25,629 nt of DNA from a candidate division WOR-3 bacterium (GTDB lineage: Bacteria; Hydrothermota; Tepidihabitantia; SM23-42; JAOAFX01). This document shows, piece by piece, positions 15,351 through 25,629 of the stretch (within the stretch, counting starts at the first letter, position 1; each line of letters opens with the position of its first letter). The position numbers and the translations under genes are program-made. The stretch spans positions 1-25,629 of the forward strand of contig JBBILZ010000038.1 in NCBI GenBank assembly GCA_037444665.1, in the 5' to 3' direction. The notes below the pieces were generated by a model. The model ran no database searches. It was not told the origin of the DNA and was given only the letters and a program-made list of their open reading frames with translations.

Positions 15351-15594
15351 CCATACTCCTACATAAAAATCATAAATTTTTTACCCACCAAAAGGTCCAG
15401 AGCACCCACACTCCAGTATTTTAAAAATGTAACAGTTTAGCCACCCTGAAATTGTAGTTGCTTGATTTATCAAGCCCAAAAAGAGCCCAATGCTCTGCCC
15501 CGATGGGACGAGAGTTCCTGCGGGAAATTGGGCAACTACATTGATTTAATTCCATTCTTCAGAATGGCTAATCTATTATTTAAAACTAATTAAC

Positions 15595-15638
15595 AAAAAA
15601 AGTATAAGACCGTAAGGGACAAGGGTCTTATACTTTTT
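15595..15638 (-). terminator. Strong hairpin with U-tract; likely ATPase-operon terminator
   Basis: 15-bp perfect inverted repeat AAAAAGTATAAGACC / GGTCTTATACTTTTT, ~155 nt downstream of the subunit E stop. Confidence 0.7.
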
Positions 15639-15644
15639 GCCACA

Positions 15645-15672
15645 ATTATATATAAAAAGTGAAAAAAGTCAA
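15645..15672 (-). promoter_or_regulatory. Sigma70-type promoter facing the activator gene
   Basis: TTGACT-N16-TATAAT. Confidence 0.55.
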
Positions 15673-15794
15673 TACCACAAAAAACTGATGGGTTTAATAT
15701 GGAAACAGGAAACTAAAAATTTACATACACGAAATGATACTGCAGTTTACCTGACTTTTATCTTTGCTTAAAAATACATTTACTACATTTTCAT

Positions 15795-16358
15795 TTATAC
15801 AATCCCCAATGTTTTTGCGATAGTAATTTTTAATTCTTCTTTCATCAACTCAGCAATGACATTGAGCGAACCAAGATAGGTCGTCTTCTCTTTTTTTAAT
15901 ATAATACCACCCAGCATATTGTCATCAACCTTTATTTGAAAATTATAACCTTCCTGCGTGCAAAACTTTTCCAGCTGGCTACGGTATTTTTTAAAATCAT
16001 CTGTAGAGAGATAGAGTTCGCCCTGACTCACACCACTATTTTTTATTAATCCAGTAAGAAATTTGAAATAGTTTTTGTGCCCTGGTAATTTTTTTATTGC
16101 GGTTTGTAGCACATCATCAATATGCTTTTGCGTCTCAGCAGTCAGTTTTTTATTATAAAATAATCGCTCCTGGGCAATTGCCCGCATTATCTCTGCGTTT
16201 TTTCTTTTTTCAATTTCATCACCCAGTTTTTTTTCTGCTGCACCAATCTTTTCTTCGTATTCTTTTTTTATCTTTACTATTTCTGCTTCATATTTCTGGG
16301 CAATTGCCTCAGCCTCTTTTTTTGCCTCGTCAAGAATCTTTTCAATGACGCTCTGCAT
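15795..16358 (-). CDS. atpE: A/V-type ATP synthase subunit E
   Basis: Charged helical N-terminus (IEKILDEAKKEAEAI); C-terminal MLGGIIL motif; operon context. Confidence 0.85.
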   Translation of the reverse strand: MQSVIEKILDEAKKEAEAIAQKYEAEIVKIKKEYEEKIGAAEKKLGDEIEKRKNAEIMRAIAQERLFYNKKLTAETQKHIDDVLQTAIKKLPGHKNYFKFLTGLIKNSGVSQGELYLSTDDFKKYRSQLEKFCTQEGYNFQIKVDDNMLGGIILKKEKTTYLGSLNVIAELMKEELKITIAKTLGIV

Positions 16359-16359
16359 A

Positions 16360-16851
<492 letters not shown>

Positions 16852-16905
16852 TTAAAAAGTTTAAGGTAAATGGTTTTCTTCCATAAAAAAGCACTATTTG
16901 CTTCG

Positions 16906-18939
16906 CTACTTAATCTCCACATACTTTGTCTCCATACCAAAGGGCTTGAACATTCTACCACCGCCCGTATAAAATCTGCCAAAGAACTCAATATAATGTA
17001 AACGCATAGTATGAATAAATCCACCCAGTGCGTTTATCACTATATTAAAACTATGCCCGGCAATCAATACTACAATTGTTAGAATAACACCAACAACAGG
17101 AATCTTCAAAACCATCCAGGCAATCATATTTATGGTTATGGCAATCCCACCCGTCACCATACCGAGCGCCATTAATCTTACATAGGAAAGGACACAACTC
17201 AAAAATGAGGTGATGCCATAGAGCGTATAAAGACCCCAGGCAATTCTTCCCAGCACTTTTTTGCTCTGACGAAAACGAACAATGGCAACACCAACCAGTG
17301 CAAAAATAATATACTTGAAAAATGGCGGGAATATCTTCATCAACATTCCTATAACAAATATTACGATTAATGTCCATACACACTGGTCCAGGACCGGCGG
17401 CTTACCAGAACGATTAGAATACAGGATAATACCTGATACTGAGAGCATTATTAGAATCTTTAAAATCGGGGATTTTAATACTGTAAAATAAGCGGGCAGG
17501 CAGATGATGAGCACAAACCAGGTAAAATTTTCAAAGATTGCCCTTGCATATTCCTTATTACGGAGGTCATCAAATACTTCAATGAGCACACCGAGCAAGA
17601 CATGGACATAACCGATACCCAGTGAGAGATAAAAAAATGGCATAGGATTGGTCAGGGGATCAAAGAGCATCAATTTTTTTAAATTTTTGAAAAACCCAAT
17701 GCCAATCAGGTCAAATAGATTTCCTGCCCAGCCACCAACCATACTGCCTGTGAATATGGTGATTATACCACCAGCAAATAGTATCCACAAAAGGCTCTTA
17801 TCACCAGGCACACGGCGCATAAGATAGAGTGAAAACAATGCGAGAAATATTCCATAAATTGCATCGGTAAGGCACAGGGCAAAGAATATGGGAAAGAATA
17901 CAGCAATGAATGGCGTGGGGTCATACTCTTTTTGTTCAGGCATACTATAGAGTTTTATCAACATCTCAAATGGGCTACTCCACCAGGGGTTTTCAATTGC
18001 CACTGGTGGTCTTTCATCGGGCTCAGGCTCAACCTTCTCATAGACGACAAGTTGAAATTCGGTCACAATCCTATTGAGTTTATCAATATCTTTCTTTTTT
18101 ATCCAGCCCTTAATGCAGACTGTAGACGATGTTTCAGGAAGTGCAGAAGCAACAATATTCTTTCTAAACTCATTTTCAATCCAGTCATAAGCCATTTTTA
18201 AATTCATCGTTTCTCGGGCAAGTTCACTTTCTTTTTTATTCAATTCTTCAATACGGCTGACTATTTTTTCAATCTGTTGATTGTATTCTTTCATCAATTC
18301 AGCAGGAGTCTGGTCAATCTCGGGTAATTCTATAATCTCGCAGCCATATTCAATCAACCTGCCTTTAAATTTTTGCAGGTCTGTCTGACGTACAAAAAAT
18401 AATCCGAAGACCTTTGAGCCAATCCGATTTACAATCTCATACGAAAAAGGAATCTCAGTGATAGATTTTTCAATTGTTAATAACGATTCTTCAGATTTTA
18501 TCTGCACGACAATTGTTTGCACCTGCTTGAATCCTTTGAGTTCACTCAATCTGTGTTTTAATGGTGCAAAAGGCGTTAATATTGATACAAGATTTCTTAG
18601 ATTCTGCAACTGGTTGCGCAATGCTTCACGCTCCTGTTTTATCTGCTCAAGTTCACGGGCTGTCCCCTGAAAATCATATTTGCGGATTATCTGTTCAAAT
18701 TCCTGCATGTTCACAGGAATGCGCGGTGGCACAAAATTATCCAGCACTCCTTTTTTCTGATAATTAGAGACCTGGGCTATTGCTTCTTTCATCTTTTCCA
18801 GTTCTTCAGATGAATATATTGGTGTCTCTTTCAATTCAGTAATATGTATTATTTTCAATTTATGCAATCTATTTAGAAATGCATCTTTGATACTTTTATG
18901 GACAACTATTACAACCTTTTCTAATCTGACCGTTGCCAT
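16906..18939 (-). CDS. atpI: A/V-type ATP synthase subunit I (a)
   Basis: YSMP...DPTPF, TDAIYG, LSYVRLMAL (essential Arg), HTMRLHYIEFFGRFY. Confidence 0.95.
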   Translation of the reverse strand: MATVRLEKVVIVVHKSIKDAFLNRLHKLKIIHITELKETPIYSSEELEKMKEAIAQVSNYQKKGVLDNFVPPRIPVNMQEFEQIIRKYDFQGTARELEQIKQEREALRNQLQNLRNLVSILTPFAPLKHRLSELKGFKQVQTIVVQIKSEESLLTIEKSITEIPFSYEIVNRIGSKVFGLFFVRQTDLQKFKGRLIEYGCEIIELPEIDQTPAELMKEYNQQIEKIVSRIEELNKKESELARETMNLKMAYDWIENEFRKNIVASALPETSSTVCIKGWIKKKDIDKLNRIVTEFQLVVYEKVEPEPDERPPVAIENPWWSSPFEMLIKLYSMPEQKEYDPTPFIAVFFPIFFALCLTDAIYGIFLALFSLYLMRRVPGDKSLLWILFAGGIITIFTGSMVGGWAGNLFDLIGIGFFKNLKKLMLFDPLTNPMPFFYLSLGIGYVHVLLGVLIEVFDDLRNKEYARAIFENFTWFVLIICLPAYFTVLKSPILKILIMLSVSGIILYSNRSGKPPVLDQCVWTLIVIFVIGMLMKIFPPFFKYIIFALVGVAIVRFRQSKKVLGRIAWGLYTLYGITSFLSCVLSYVRLMALGMVTGGIAITINMIAWMVLKIPVVGVILTIVVLIAGHSFNIVINALGGFIHTMRLHYIEFFGRFYTGGGRMFKPFGMETKYVEIK

Positions 18940-19241
18940 TTTAGAATAATCTCCTGCACCTTTTCTACTGCCCTGTTTTTTGATTCTTTTATTTTATTAT
19001 TCAATTCTTTACTCATTTTCTTATATTCTTCTTCAATCACTTTGCGCTGTTCTGCAACAATCTTCTCTACCTGTTTCTGACTCTCTTTTATATACTCACT
19101 CCGTTTCTGACTTATACTATCAAGCTTCTGTTGCAGTTCTGCTCTTGTCTGTTCAAGGGTTTGCATTCCTTTTTGTTCTGCCTGTTTTTTTATCTTTTCT
19201 GCTTCTGCCTCTGCCTTTTTAATCTCTTCAATTAAATCCAT
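18921..19241 (-). CDS. A/V-type ATP synthase subunit H/G (peripheral stalk)
   Basis: 106 aa, fully helical and charged (IEEIKKAEAEAEKIK); immediately before subunit I. Confidence 0.75.
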   Translation of the reverse strand: MDLIEEIKKAEAEAEKIKKQAEQKGMQTLEQTRAELQQKLDSISQKRSEYIKESQKQVEKIVAEQRKVIEEEYKKMSKELNNKIKESKNRAVEKVQEIILKWQRSD

Positions 19242-19246
19242 TTTAC

Positions 19247-19867
19247 CTACCTTTTACCAAGAATCTCTTTTACCCGCATTAATCTGGTTAAATCTCCCCT
19301 CTCAATTTCTGATAATTTTAGATTGATATATTTTATCGTCTCTTCAATGGATGGAATAAGAATAAATTCAAGGGCATTTACCCGACGTCTGGTTTTTTCA
19401 ATTTCAATCGCAAGAATCTCTAATGCCTTTTCCAGTTCTGCAATCCTGAGCAGACCTTCAAGCAAGCTATCAATCTTTTTCAGTGCCAGATCAAGGTCTC
19501 CAGATGTGCTTAAAAATCCATAACTGAGTATTGTCCCGGAGATTTTTTTGGTAAACTTTGGAATGCGCACATTAAAGACCCGCTCTGAACTATAATCTAT
19601 TTCAATTTTTTTATTCGCACCCAACAATGCTTCTTCTGTAGTATTTGGTGATTGCTTGCTTGAGGCAAAATAAAAATAGTTGTATGCAGACTGCAGTTCT
19701 TTTTCAACAGTGAGCCTCAGTTCCTGAATCTGTTTTACCAATTCCATTATCTTTCTTATCAATTCATCCTGTTTGTCCTTTAATAGTTTATGGCCACGCC
19801 GGGCAATCACATTCCTGCGCTTCAATCTCAGAAGTTGCATCCTGGTTGGAGGAATATCCAATTTCAT
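19247..19867 (-). CDS. atpD: A/V-type ATP synthase subunit D
   Basis: PTRMQL...RGHKLLKDKQDEL; EIEKTRRRVNALE. Confidence 0.96.
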   Translation of the reverse strand: MKLDIPPTRMQLLRLKRRNVIARRGHKLLKDKQDELIRKIMELVKQIQELRLTVEKELQSAYNYFYFASSKQSPNTTEEALLGANKKIEIDYSSERVFNVRIPKFTKKISGTILSYGFLSTSGDLDLALKKIDSLLEGLLRIAELEKALEILAIEIEKTRRRVNALEFILIPSIEETIKYINLKLSEIERGDLTRLMRVKEILGKR

Positions 19868-19884
19868 ATTATCTCAATTTAATT

Positions 19885-21258
19885 TTATTTTGTATCATAA
19901 TATTTTTTCAGATACTCTTCTCTCACCCTTTTCATCTCTGCTCTTGGCACAAGCCTTAAGAGTTCCCAGCCTAAATTGAGGGTCTGCTCAATGGTTCGGT
20001 TTTCGTATTCATCCTGATTAATGTATCGCTGTTCAAATATTGTAGCAAACTTTAGATAAATCTTATCCGTATCAGAGAGTGCTGCTTCACCAAGAATAAT
20101 GGCAAGTTCCTGTGCCTCTTTTCCTCTTGAATAACAGGCAATCAATTGATTGAATAAGTCTGCATGGTCTTCACGGGTCTTGCCCTTACCAATACCTTTA
20201 TCCTTTAATCGTGAGAGTGATTGCATCACATCCACTGGCGGTAGAATTTTTTTGCGATATAGTGCGCGGGAGAGGATGATCTGACCTTCAGTAATATAAC
20301 CGGTCAAATCTGGAATAGGATGGGTCTTATCGTCCTCAGGCATAGTGAGAATAGGAATCAAAGTGATAGAACCCTTTTTTCCTTTAATCCTTCCTGACCG
20401 TTCATAGACTGTTGCGAGGTCTGTATAAAGATAGCCTGGATAGCCACGACGACCTGGAATCTCTTTTCTTGCCGCAGAGATTTCGCGGAGTGCCTCAGCA
20501 TAATTTGTCATATCACTAAGGATAACAAGAATATGATAACCTTTGGTAAAGGCGAGATACTCAGCAACCGTGAGCACCACCCTTGGTGTAGAGACCCTTT
20601 CTATTGCCGGGTCATCGGTCAGATTCAAAAACAACACAACCTTTTCCAGAGCACCAGTAGTAGTAAAATTACTGATGAAAAAGTTTGCCTCTTCAAATGT
20701 AATACCCATCGCACCAAAAACAATTGCAAACTCTTCACCTTTCTGTAGCACAGTTGCCTGACGCACAATCTGGGCGGCAAGCCGATTATGGGGAAGGCCA
20801 GAACCAGAAAATATAGGAAGTTTCTGACCCCGCACAAGGGTATTAATACCATCTATTGCCGAGATACCGGTCTGGATAAATTCATTGGGATAATCGCGCG
20901 CAGTAGGATTAATTGGCGCACCATTAATATCAAGAAGTGCCTCTGGAACAATATCCGGACCTTCATCAATGGGCCTTCCCAGACCATCAAAGACCCGACC
21001 GAGCATCTTTGATGATACACCAATCTGCATTGTTTTTGCCAGAAACCGCACACGGCAATTTGCTACATCAATGCCAGACGAACCTTCAAAGATTTGAACC
21101 AATGCCTTATCACCATTAACTTCAAGAACCCTGCCCCTTTTCCTCTCACCGGTCTGGGTATAAATCTCAACAAGCTCCTCGTATTTGACACCTTCTGTTC
21201 CTTCAACGAGCAAAAGGGGACCACTTACACTTGCAATACTCGTGTATTCCTTAATCAT
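19885..21258 (-). CDS. atpB: A/V-type ATP synthase subunit B
   Basis: [43 protein letters not shown]. Confidence 0.98.
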   Translation of the reverse strand: MIKEYTSIASVSGPLLLVEGTEGVKYEELVEIYTQTGERKRGRVLEVNGDKALVQIFEGSSGIDVANCRVRFLAKTMQIGVSSKMLGRVFDGLGRPIDEGPDIVPEALLDINGAPINPTARDYPNEFIQTGISAIDGINTLVRGQKLPIFSGSGLPHNRLAAQIVRQATVLQKGEEFAIVFGAMGITFEEANFFISNFTTTGALEKVVLFLNLTDDPAIERVSTPRVVLTVAEYLAFTKGYHILVILSDMTNYAEALREISAARKEIPGRRGYPGYLYTDLATVYERSGRIKGKKGSITLIPILTMPEDDKTHPIPDLTGYITEGQIILSRALYRKKILPPVDVMQSLSRLKDKGIGKGKTREDHADLFNQLIACYSRGKEAQELAIILGEAALSDTDKIYLKFATIFEQRYINQDEYENRTIEQTLNLGWELLRLVPRAEMKRVREEYLKKYYDTK

Positions 21259-23027
21259 TTTGCAACTCCTGAAGAAGTTTTATTCAATAATTCATTGAAA
21301 TTACTAATAATTTCTTTTTTTATCTCTTCAATGTGACTTAGATTCTTTTCTTCAATATATTTTGCGCGGGCTATCTTTTCCCGCACCGGCATACGAACAA
21401 TTTCATTGAAAGGCGCACCTTTTTCCAATGCTGAGCGGGCTTGATTATAATAAAATAGACAAAGGTCAAGCATCTTATACTGTTTCAGGAGTGAGGTATA
21501 TGTATCAATTTCGTGAAAGGCATTCTGGTGAAGAAAATCTTCACGGATGGAGCGTGCACCTTCAAGCAATAATCGGTCCTGTGGTGATAATGCATCTATA
21601 CCAATAAGACGTACAATCTCCTGCAGTTCAGCCTCTTCTTCCAGTATCCTCATCGCCTCTTTGGATAGAGCCATAAATCCTGGTGCAACATTATCAAGGT
21701 CATCGCTCAATTCATCAATATAAAGTGAATAAGAATTTAACCAGCTGATTGCAGGAAAATGGCGCTGGTATGCCAGACGGTCTTCAAGGCTCCAGAATAC
21801 CTTTACCACGCGCAGTGTCGCCTGGACCACTGGATCAGAAAGGTCACCACCAGGTGGTGATACAGCACCAATAACACTCAAGGCACCTTCACGCTCAGGT
21901 TTACCAAGGGGCTTTACCCTGCCTGCCCTTTCATAAAATGAACTTATCCTTGCTCCGAGATATGCTGGATAACCTTCTTCACCAGGCATCTCTTCAAGCC
22001 TCCCTGAAATCTCTCTCATTGCCTCAGCCCATCGTGATGTTGAATCAGCCATCAATGCTACAGAATAACCCATATCCCGAAAGTATTCAGCAATTGTTAT
22101 TCCAGTATAGACTGACGCCTCTCTTGCTGCTACGGGCATATTTGAAGTATTTGCTACAAGCACTGTTCTTTTCATCAGTGGTTCACCACTCTTTGGGTCT
22201 TTTAGTTCAGGAAATTCTATGAGCACATCTGTCATCTCATTACCCCTTTCACCGCAACCCACATAAACGATTATCTCTGCATCAGCCCATTTTGCTAATT
22301 GATGTTGAATAACGGTCTTACCTGAACCAAAGGGACCTGGACAACAGGCAGTGCCACCGCGCGCAATAGGAAAGAATGTATCAACCACCCTCTGCCCGGT
22401 GCCGAGAATTGTAGTTGGTGTCAGACGCTGGTTGTATGGTCGTGGTAAACGCACGGGCCAGCGCTGGATAAGATTAAATTCTTTGATGCCATTTTCAGTC
22501 TCTATTTTGTATACTATATCTGTTACCTTAAATTTTCCTTCTTTAATCTCCTTAAGCACACCCGGAGTCCAGGGTGTGCTTAAGATCTTATGAACCACGA
22601 GCACAGTCTCTTTTACTTCACCAATGATATCACCCGGTCCTACCCGCACACCAGTTTTAACCAGTGGTTTAAATTCCCAGATTCTTTCACGGTCAAGGGC
22701 AGGGACTTCTATGCCCCGTGAAATATTTGCACCACTCTTTTCACGAATGATATTCAATGGCCTTTGAATTCCATCATAGATTGATTCAATCAAACCCGGA
22801 CCGAGTTCTACAAAGAGTGGCTGGTCAGTAAGAAATACCGGGTCACCAGGGCCTATGCCTGAAGTATCTTCATAGACCTGAATTGATGCATGGTCTCCAT
22901 CAAGTCCAATGATTTCGCCGATAAGTCTCTCATTACTCACACGCACCACATCATACATTTTTGCCCCAGTTACATTCCGGGCAATGACAAGTGGTCCTGA
23001 AATCTTAAGAATTTCGCCCTGTTTCAT
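21255..23027 (-). CDS. atpA: A/V-type ATP synthase subunit A (catalytic)
   Basis: P-loop [42 protein letters not shown]. Confidence 0.98.
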   Translation of the reverse strand: MKQGEILKISGPLVIARNVTGAKMYDVVRVSNERLIGEIIGLDGDHASIQVYEDTSGIGPGDPVFLTDQPLFVELGPGLIESIYDGIQRPLNIIREKSGANISRGIEVPALDRERIWEFKPLVKTGVRVGPGDIIGEVKETVLVVHKILSTPWTPGVLKEIKEGKFKVTDIVYKIETENGIKEFNLIQRWPVRLPRPYNQRLTPTTILGTGQRVVDTFFPIARGGTACCPGPFGSGKTVIQHQLAKWADAEIIVYVGCGERGNEMTDVLIEFPELKDPKSGEPLMKRTVLVANTSNMPVAAREASVYTGITIAEYFRDMGYSVALMADSTSRWAEAMREISGRLEEMPGEEGYPAYLGARISSFYERAGRVKPLGKPEREGALSVIGAVSPPGGDLSDPVVQATLRVVKVFWSLEDRLAYQRHFPAISWLNSYSLYIDELSDDLDNVAPGFMALSKEAMRILEEEAELQEIVRLIGIDALSPQDRLLLEGARSIREDFLHQNAFHEIDTYTSLLKQYKMLDLCLFYYNQARSALEKGAPFNEIVRMPVREKIARAKYIEEKNLSHIEEIKKEIISNFNELLNKTSSGVAK

Positions 23028-23344
23028 AATTCCTCCAGAAACACATCAGCACCAACTGCTTTTTTAATAATACCCCTGAGCCTTTCAATTGCAATCCTGC
23101 TCTTTGTTTCTCCTGATGAAAATGGAATCAGGCAGGGAAAAGTTTCGGTCTGGTATATTTTTAATACTTCTTTCAATTCATCAGTAAATTCTTCGGTAAA
23201 GAGAATTACCCTTACACCCTGATTAATAAGTTCCATAACTTTCTGTTCTGCCTCTCCTTTTTCAGTAAAACAGACACGCGCACCAGTGGCAAGAAATGGA
23301 AGAATATTCTCTTTTTTTCCCACAATTGCGAGGTCACCAGACAT
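23024..23344 (-). CDS. atpF: A/V-type ATP synthase subunit F
   Basis: LAIVG...F-A-G; C-terminal IKKAVGAD; 106 aa, directly before subunit A. Confidence 0.9.
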   Translation of the reverse strand: MSGDLAIVGKKENILPFLATGARVCFTEKGEAEQKVMELINQGVRVILFTEEFTDELKEVLKIYQTETFPCLIPFSSGETKSRIAIERLRGIIKKAVGADVFLEEL

Positions 23345-24248
23345 CAGGAATACTCTCCTTTAATTCTATGGCAGGGATATTGTATTTTTTCCCCATATAT
23401 ATCTGACGTATCTTTTTTATTTCTGCTTTTCTAAATTCAAAGTAACCGAATAAAGGTTCAATACCAAATGTATAAAATCTTGCCATCTTAAGAAATTGTA
23501 ATTTCATCTCATCGCACAGACATTCCAGTTTTAAAAAAGAACCCTGGGACTTAAGATATGTGCTACCCTGTTCAATCAATTGCCCATATCTGGTATCACG
23601 AAATTCTCTGATTATTACATCAGACGATTTCTTTAAATTCTGAAAAAATTTTTCTTCCGGGATTGTGCCATATTTGATATAAACATGCTTAAAGATTTCA
23701 GCAGGGTTTTCAAATTGCTGGGAACGGAAAAAACTTCTTATATTTTCCAGATCAAAATAGAGTTGAAAATATTCGTAAAAAAACTGAGAGAGCCCTGATA
23801 ACTCATATAATTTTTCACATAAGAATTTATCCAGTTCAGTACAAAGAAGAAAACTATCACGATGTTTAAGATATTCCGCAATAATTGTTACTATTTCAGC
23901 AGAAGATTCCATTTCCTTTGTTTCTATATCGTATAAAAGACTTTCCTCACCATTTTTCAATCTGACCTTTAAGTTATGAATGGCTTCGGGCAGAGATACT
24001 ATCTGTTTTATTTCTGGGTGGAGGCAGTATTTTTCAAAAAATTTTCTTTCTTCTATTTCAACCCTGCCTAAAATCTCAGAAAAATCGCCTGTGCCAGTAT
24101 AGACAGTGTCACTGAGAATGGGTGCAAAATTCTCAATATTCGCCTCAATCAATCTTTCAAAATGGCTCTTTTTTAACAATCTTGCCTCTTTTGCCCTGAC
24201 AATACCATTCACAAAGGCATAGCGCGTATCATTCGTTCCTTCAATCAT
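23334..24248 (-). CDS. atpC: A/V-type ATP synthase subunit C (d)
   Basis: YAFVNGIVRAKEARLL, DLENIR, FGIEPLFGY...EIKKIR. Confidence 0.88.
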   Translation of the reverse strand: MIEGTNDTRYAFVNGIVRAKEARLLKKSHFERLIEANIENFAPILSDTVYTGTGDFSEILGRVEIEERKFFEKYCLHPEIKQIVSLPEAIHNLKVRLKNGEESLLYDIETKEMESSAEIVTIIAEYLKHRDSFLLCTELDKFLCEKLYELSGLSQFFYEYFQLYFDLENIRSFFRSQQFENPAEIFKHVYIKYGTIPEEKFFQNLKKSSDVIIREFRDTRYGQLIEQGSTYLKSQGSFLKLECLCDEMKLQFLKMARFYTFGIEPLFGYFEFRKAEIKKIRQIYMGKKYNIPAIELKESIPDVW

Positions 24249-24260
24249 ATATAGACTATT

Positions 24261-24288
24261 ATTATAATTAAAAAGAAATCGTTGTCAA
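24261..24288 (-). promoter_or_regulatory. Sigma70-type promoter of the ATP synthase operon
   Basis: Consensus hexamers TTGACA-N16-TATAAT, ending 12 nt before the subunit C ATG. Confidence 0.7.
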
Positions 24289-24294
24289 TGCTTT

Positions 24295-25609
24295 TATGCA
24301 GAGTTTCAAGACATGGTATCCACCCCAATAGAATCTTCTGGGTTGAAAAAATAAAAAAATTGATTAATATATATAAATGCTCGGCAAAAAATTTTTTGAA
24401 ATCCAGGAGGCAAACATGACCCCGAAGGAAAATTATTACCAGCGCATTATGGACTCTAAATGCCCCGCCGCCATCCGTAAACAAATCGTAGAATTTCATA
24501 ATACCACTGGGAATATATCTTTCGTTGCCCGAGTTTTTAAAACCACCAGAAAGACTGTCCGCAAGATAATCCGACGCTATCAGCAGGAAGGTGAAGATGG
24601 TTTAAATGACCGCTCCCGACGCCCCCATCGGATACCCCGGGCAATTTCACCCCAGCTTGAGGCAAAGATAATTGCCCTGCGCGAATTTTCCAGGGTGGTT
24701 TGTGGTGGTGAGAGGATAACGGTGCGCTTGGGACAGGAACGGATAAGATGGTTTCTGAGTCAGGAAGGTATAAATATTTCAATCTCCACGATTAATCGTG
24801 TTTTACATAAGCACCATTTGATAAAACCACGGTTAAAGAAGTGGCAGAAGAGGCGGATGATTACTCAGTATCGCAAGAGTTTGAAACCACTTACTTTGTG
24901 GCAAATAGATGTAAAGTATCTGCGGGATGTGCCCAATCTTTATGGGTTAGTATTGGACCATAAAATCCCGGCTTATCAGTATACCGCTCGGGATGTGGCT
25001 ACGGGCACCACCTTCTTTGCTTATGCTGGGGAGTTTTCAATGATTAATTCTATGCGTTTTGTGTGGTTGTTATTAAATCACTTGGCGTTTTTTGGCGTGG
25101 ATGTGAGCCAGGTGGTGATTCAAACCGATAATGGTGCGGAGTTTATCGGTATGGTTTATGCGAAGAAAGATAGTGGTTTTACGGAGATAGTGGAGCGGAT
25201 ATTTAAGGGGGTTCATCGGACGATTCCTGTTGCGACGCCTCGTTTTAATGGGGCAGTGGAGAATTTTCACGATCGGATAGAGGATGAGTTTTATGACATT
25301 GAGAAATTTTCTGGGCTGGGTAGTTTTTTGGGCAAGGCTTATACCTATTCTTTGTGGTTTAATCTTGAGCGGCCAAATATGACCTTTAAGAAGACGCCCT
25401 GGGAGATGGTTCAGACAATGTGTGGTATTAAAAATGTCAATTTTATGAACTTTCCACCTGTGATGCTTGATGATTTAGATATTGATGCCCAATGGATGTT
25501 ATCGGCAAAAGATAGCTTCTTGTCGGAGTATATCAAGCTTATGCCTTTTGTATACCGTAGGTATACAAAAGGCGAATTAACTGGATACCATGTATCCGAC
25601 GGGCTCACA
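24295..25609 (+). mobile_element. IS481-like insertion sequence (exact ends uncertain)
   Basis: Subterminal inverted repeat ACATGGTATCCA (24311-24322) / TGGATACCATGT (25582-25593); right end ...CTCACA at 25609; encloses the transposase; GC-richer than its flanks. Confidence 0.7.
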
Positions 25610-25629
25610 GGTGCACCTTGCCATCCCCC
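24416..25629 (+). CDS. IS481-family-like DDE transposase (no stop within the window, so absent from the ORF track)
   Basis: AGGAGG RBS; hand translation gives an HTH (ISFVARVFKTTRKTVRKIIRRY...GLNDRSRRPH) and DDE motifs WQIDVKY, IQTDNGAEF, NGAVENFH. Confidence 0.9.
   Translation, partial: MTPKENYYQRIMDSKCPAAIRKQIVEFHNTTGNISFVARVFKTTRKTVRKIIRRYQQEGEDGLNDRSRRPHRIPRAISPQLEAKIIALREFSRVVCGGERITVRLGQERIRWFLSQEGINISISTINRVLHKHHLIKPRLKKWQKRRMITQYRKSLKPLTLWQIDVKYLRDVPNLYGLVLDHKIPAYQYTARDVATGTTFFAYAGEFSMINSMRFVWLLLNHLAFFGVDVSQVVIQTDNGAEFIGMVYAKKDSGFTEIVERIFKGVHRTIPVATPRFNGAVENFHDRIEDEFYDIEKFSGLGSFLGKAYTYSLWFNLERPNMTFKKTPWEMVQTMCGIKNVNFMNFPPVMLDDLDIDAQWMLSAKDSFLSEYIKLMPFVYRRYTKGELTGYHVSDGLTGAPCHP

Noticed and set aside
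15466..15540. SAM-I riboswitch (TTATCAAG...TTCCTGC...GCAAC fragments)
   Set aside because: Core elements are missing or in the wrong order, and on the strand opposite the downstream gene.
24283..24288. IS end (TGT at 24283) donating the -35 hexamer to the ATPase promoter
   Set aside because: Spacing of the subterminal inverted repeat places the left end near 24295-24297, so TTGACA is more likely native; not fully excluded.

Overview
AT-rich bacterial window; nearly all genes are on the - strand. The right third is housekeeping: a complete 9-gene A/V-type ATP synthase operon with a Na+-binding c-subunit signature, in the order C-F-A-B-D-H/G-I-K-E, with an IS481-like element inserted just upstream of its promoter. 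The left two thirds hold an AcoR-like sigma54 enhancer-binding protein followed by three cassettes. Each starts with the same consensus sigma54 promoter (CTGGCACGGTTTTTGCA) but has different upstream palindromes. Each is built as promoter -> small ORF with strong AGGAGG RBS -> terminator-like hairpin -> enzyme genes. Cassette A: an unannotated 39-aa Cys-rich peptide, an rSAM/SPASM maturase and an ABC exporter, followed by a carboxypeptidase-regulatory-domain protein and a DUF5916-like outer-membrane protein. Cassette B: a small secreted protein broken by a T7 frameshift, plus a membrane spermidine-synthase-like protein. Cassette C: an unannotated 46-aa peptide, a SPASM-less radical SAM enzyme and a methyltransferase, followed by a second copy of the DUF5916-like gene. 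Cassettes B and C share a ~140-nt leader element (138/140 identical) that folds into a long hairpin; its GU-rich loop motif recurs twice more in other 5' regions. Best candidate for a novel system: a sigma54-controlled array of RiPP/secreted-peptide cassettes with interchangeable enhancer sites and a shared cis-acting RNA. All family assignments come from motif recognition by eye, not database searches.
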